The position numbers were made by a program, and so were the translations under genes. Of a DNA stretch of 64,000 bases, positions 61,991-64,000 are shown one piece after another. Within the stretch, counting starts at the first letter, position 1; each line of letters begins with the position of its first letter. This DNA comes from Spironucleus salmonicida (taxonomy: Eukaryota), in NCBI RefSeq assembly GCF_000497125.1, contig NC_090601.1, positions 992,001 to 1,056,000 of the forward strand. The letters are read 5' to 3'. The notes beneath the pieces were generated by a model. It made no database searches. It saw nothing but the letters and a program-made list of their open reading frames with translations, and had not been told where the DNA came from.

Positions 61991-64000
61991 ATTTTAAAAC
62001 GAACAGGAGTAAAAAGATGTAGTATTAAATCCAAAATATAAGTTATTATTTTATTATGTTTTGATTTTTATAAAGATTAAAAATACTATATGAATATCAA
62101 TTATAAAAAATATATAAATCTTTAGTAAATATCAATTATAGAGACAAACATTTACTTAAACTATCAAAACTAAACTATATGTTAATATATTATTAATAAA
62201 CTAAACTTTTTATTTTCGAAAATACTAATTATTTAGTAGATGCATATTGAATTAGTTTATGTTACAAATGATGTGCTTATCCAAATACCTATTTAGAATA
62301 ACCCCTACACTTCTCTAATATTGCAAAAAGTATATTGTGGACTGTAATATATTCAAAATACTAAGTCGAGTTAATGCGATTGTTGCTTAGGTTGCTCGTA
62401 CCACCTAAAATTCTGACTAAAATTATATGATAAAATTAAAGAAAGTATAAAGTTATGCAACTAAAACACGAAAATATATTTCATGAACATTAGAGAAATT
62501 ATGCATGAAACAATATCAACAAATAAATGCATACTTATAAATATATTGATAACGCGTAAGGCAAGCTATATACATACTAAAACACGTCCATTATAAACTT
62601 ACAACTTCACTAAATATCTAAATAGATGCTTAACTTTAAAACTTAATGAACAATTCGTAATCAAGTATATCACCAAAAATATAGTATGATGTTAGTATAG
62701 TTATTATTTAAGCAATGGGGAGCAAGTGGCATATAATCTAATTATCTCTATTGCCGTCGAAATATTTTATATAAAGGCATTTTAGAGGAGTTAATAATAT
62801 TTTATATAAAATACTATATATTATACTTGAGTCTACTTGTCTAGTTAAAATGGTATGTGGATTTGGCGTTTTGCTGACTACTATTTTATATTTTACGATA
62901 TACGAAACTTCCTATATTATATTTTATGCGTCATACTTATACTAGATGCGCCGTGTTACTAACCATTACCACGATTTGCCACACCTTATTGCCGATATAC
63001 TCAAACGAGTAAGCGAACCTTGCTTGATACTAAACAGGTACATTTGATCTATGCTAGCAGCATACTGCCTGTATAGTCTATGTTGCTTATATTTTTATTT
63101 TAAATAAGTAATCATATATGAAATTTGAAACAATAATACTATACAAAGATAGCTTGACATTAGATATGTGGAACATCACTCCAATATCTCATTTACTTCA
63201 TTACTATCTTAATGCAAGTACACTTGTTGCTACCACTGCAACGATAGTTATCAAGCTTATGATTACCCAAAAGTAAATCAAAATAATACTTTTTTGGTCT
63301 ACTATGACATTCAGACTAAGCTGATAGTCGTACTCGTTAGTAATAAAAATACGCGTTATAAATGATTTTTTAAGCTCTTGTATAAAGCCCTTTTGCCGGA
63401 CATGGTAGTCTCCAGGAAAGAATGGAAATTGGCTATGTTCAATCGTATCAGCTTCACTAAAGCACTCAGTAAAAAAGCTCTTATTCTAGATTACTAACCT
63501 CTTCTTATATACTTAGAATTGAATTCTTGACTGTGTGTCGGACGTCATTTACAAAACCTCCTGCTGCTAGGTTAGCACTCCATCTTTGTATTTATCTAAG
63601 CACTCCGGGGTCAAAGTGGGGAATACGATTATGCAAGTATCCTTGAAGCTTACTTAAGTAATAATTTTATAAAAACAGGACTGAATGGGTGCATATTCAA
63701 TAGTTTACTCTGAAATAATTTCCTGGTTTGCGTCATAAAAGCTTATAAATAGTTATTAAGTTTGCCCAGTTAAATTTTGCGTCAATAAAGACATATTCTC
63801 AACATCAAAAAAGAATACAATCCCTGTTCTTTCGGCGAAACCATTTGTTGCCTCTTGTCTTACCTATTATGTTTTCTAAAATACACTTGTTGCCATGATA
63901 AAGCTGCTGCTAATACATGTTTTCAAGCTTGAAAGATCAGCTATGTTTTAGATGGCCGTCGATGTTACTATGGTTATTAGATTTAGATCAGTAATACAGT

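Noticed and set aside
62900-64000. Possible gene at the window end
   Set aside because: The minus-strand frames I read are interrupted by TGA and show no recognisable motif; it cannot be supported.

Overview
This is eukaryotic genomic DNA that uses the ciliate/hexamitid code (TAA/TAG = Gln, TGA the only stop). It most likely comes from a hexamitid diplomonad (Spironucleus/Hexamita/Trepomonas group), given the CXXC-rich membrane proteins, intron-less compact genes, AGTGA stop contexts and a tRNA with anticodon TTA. The supplied ORF track treats TAA/TAG as stops, so I re-translated genes by hand in code 6. Layout: (1) 1-10293, a 22-bp satellite that abuts a headless coding remnant; (2) RPS21 and a hypothetical gene; (3) a 2.67-kb-arm palindrome carrying a PP2C-like gene, tRNA-Leu and a cyclophilin; (4) a ~7.6-kb-arm palindrome around BOP1/Erb1, carrying cysteine-rich membrane proteins and four copies of a tRNA-Glu + mini-Myb cassette; (5) a divergent pair of bacterial-type genes (mannose-6-P isomerase, ROK glucokinase); (6) a (TTA)n tract, small orphan genes, tRNA-Arg, tRNA-Gln(TTA), an MFS transporter and a GC-rich gene cluster; (7) a third cysteine-rich membrane protein; (8) ~54.05-60.5 kb, an endogenous Polinton/Maverick-like element written in the host code. 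The element encodes a frameshifted protein-primed DNA polymerase B with OTU-like, Zn-finger and inserted nuclease-like domains, plus two downstream ORFs, the last ending in a candidate membrane-lytic amphipathic peptide. No capsid, integrase or TIRs are visible. All translations and coordinates are manual and no database searches were run.
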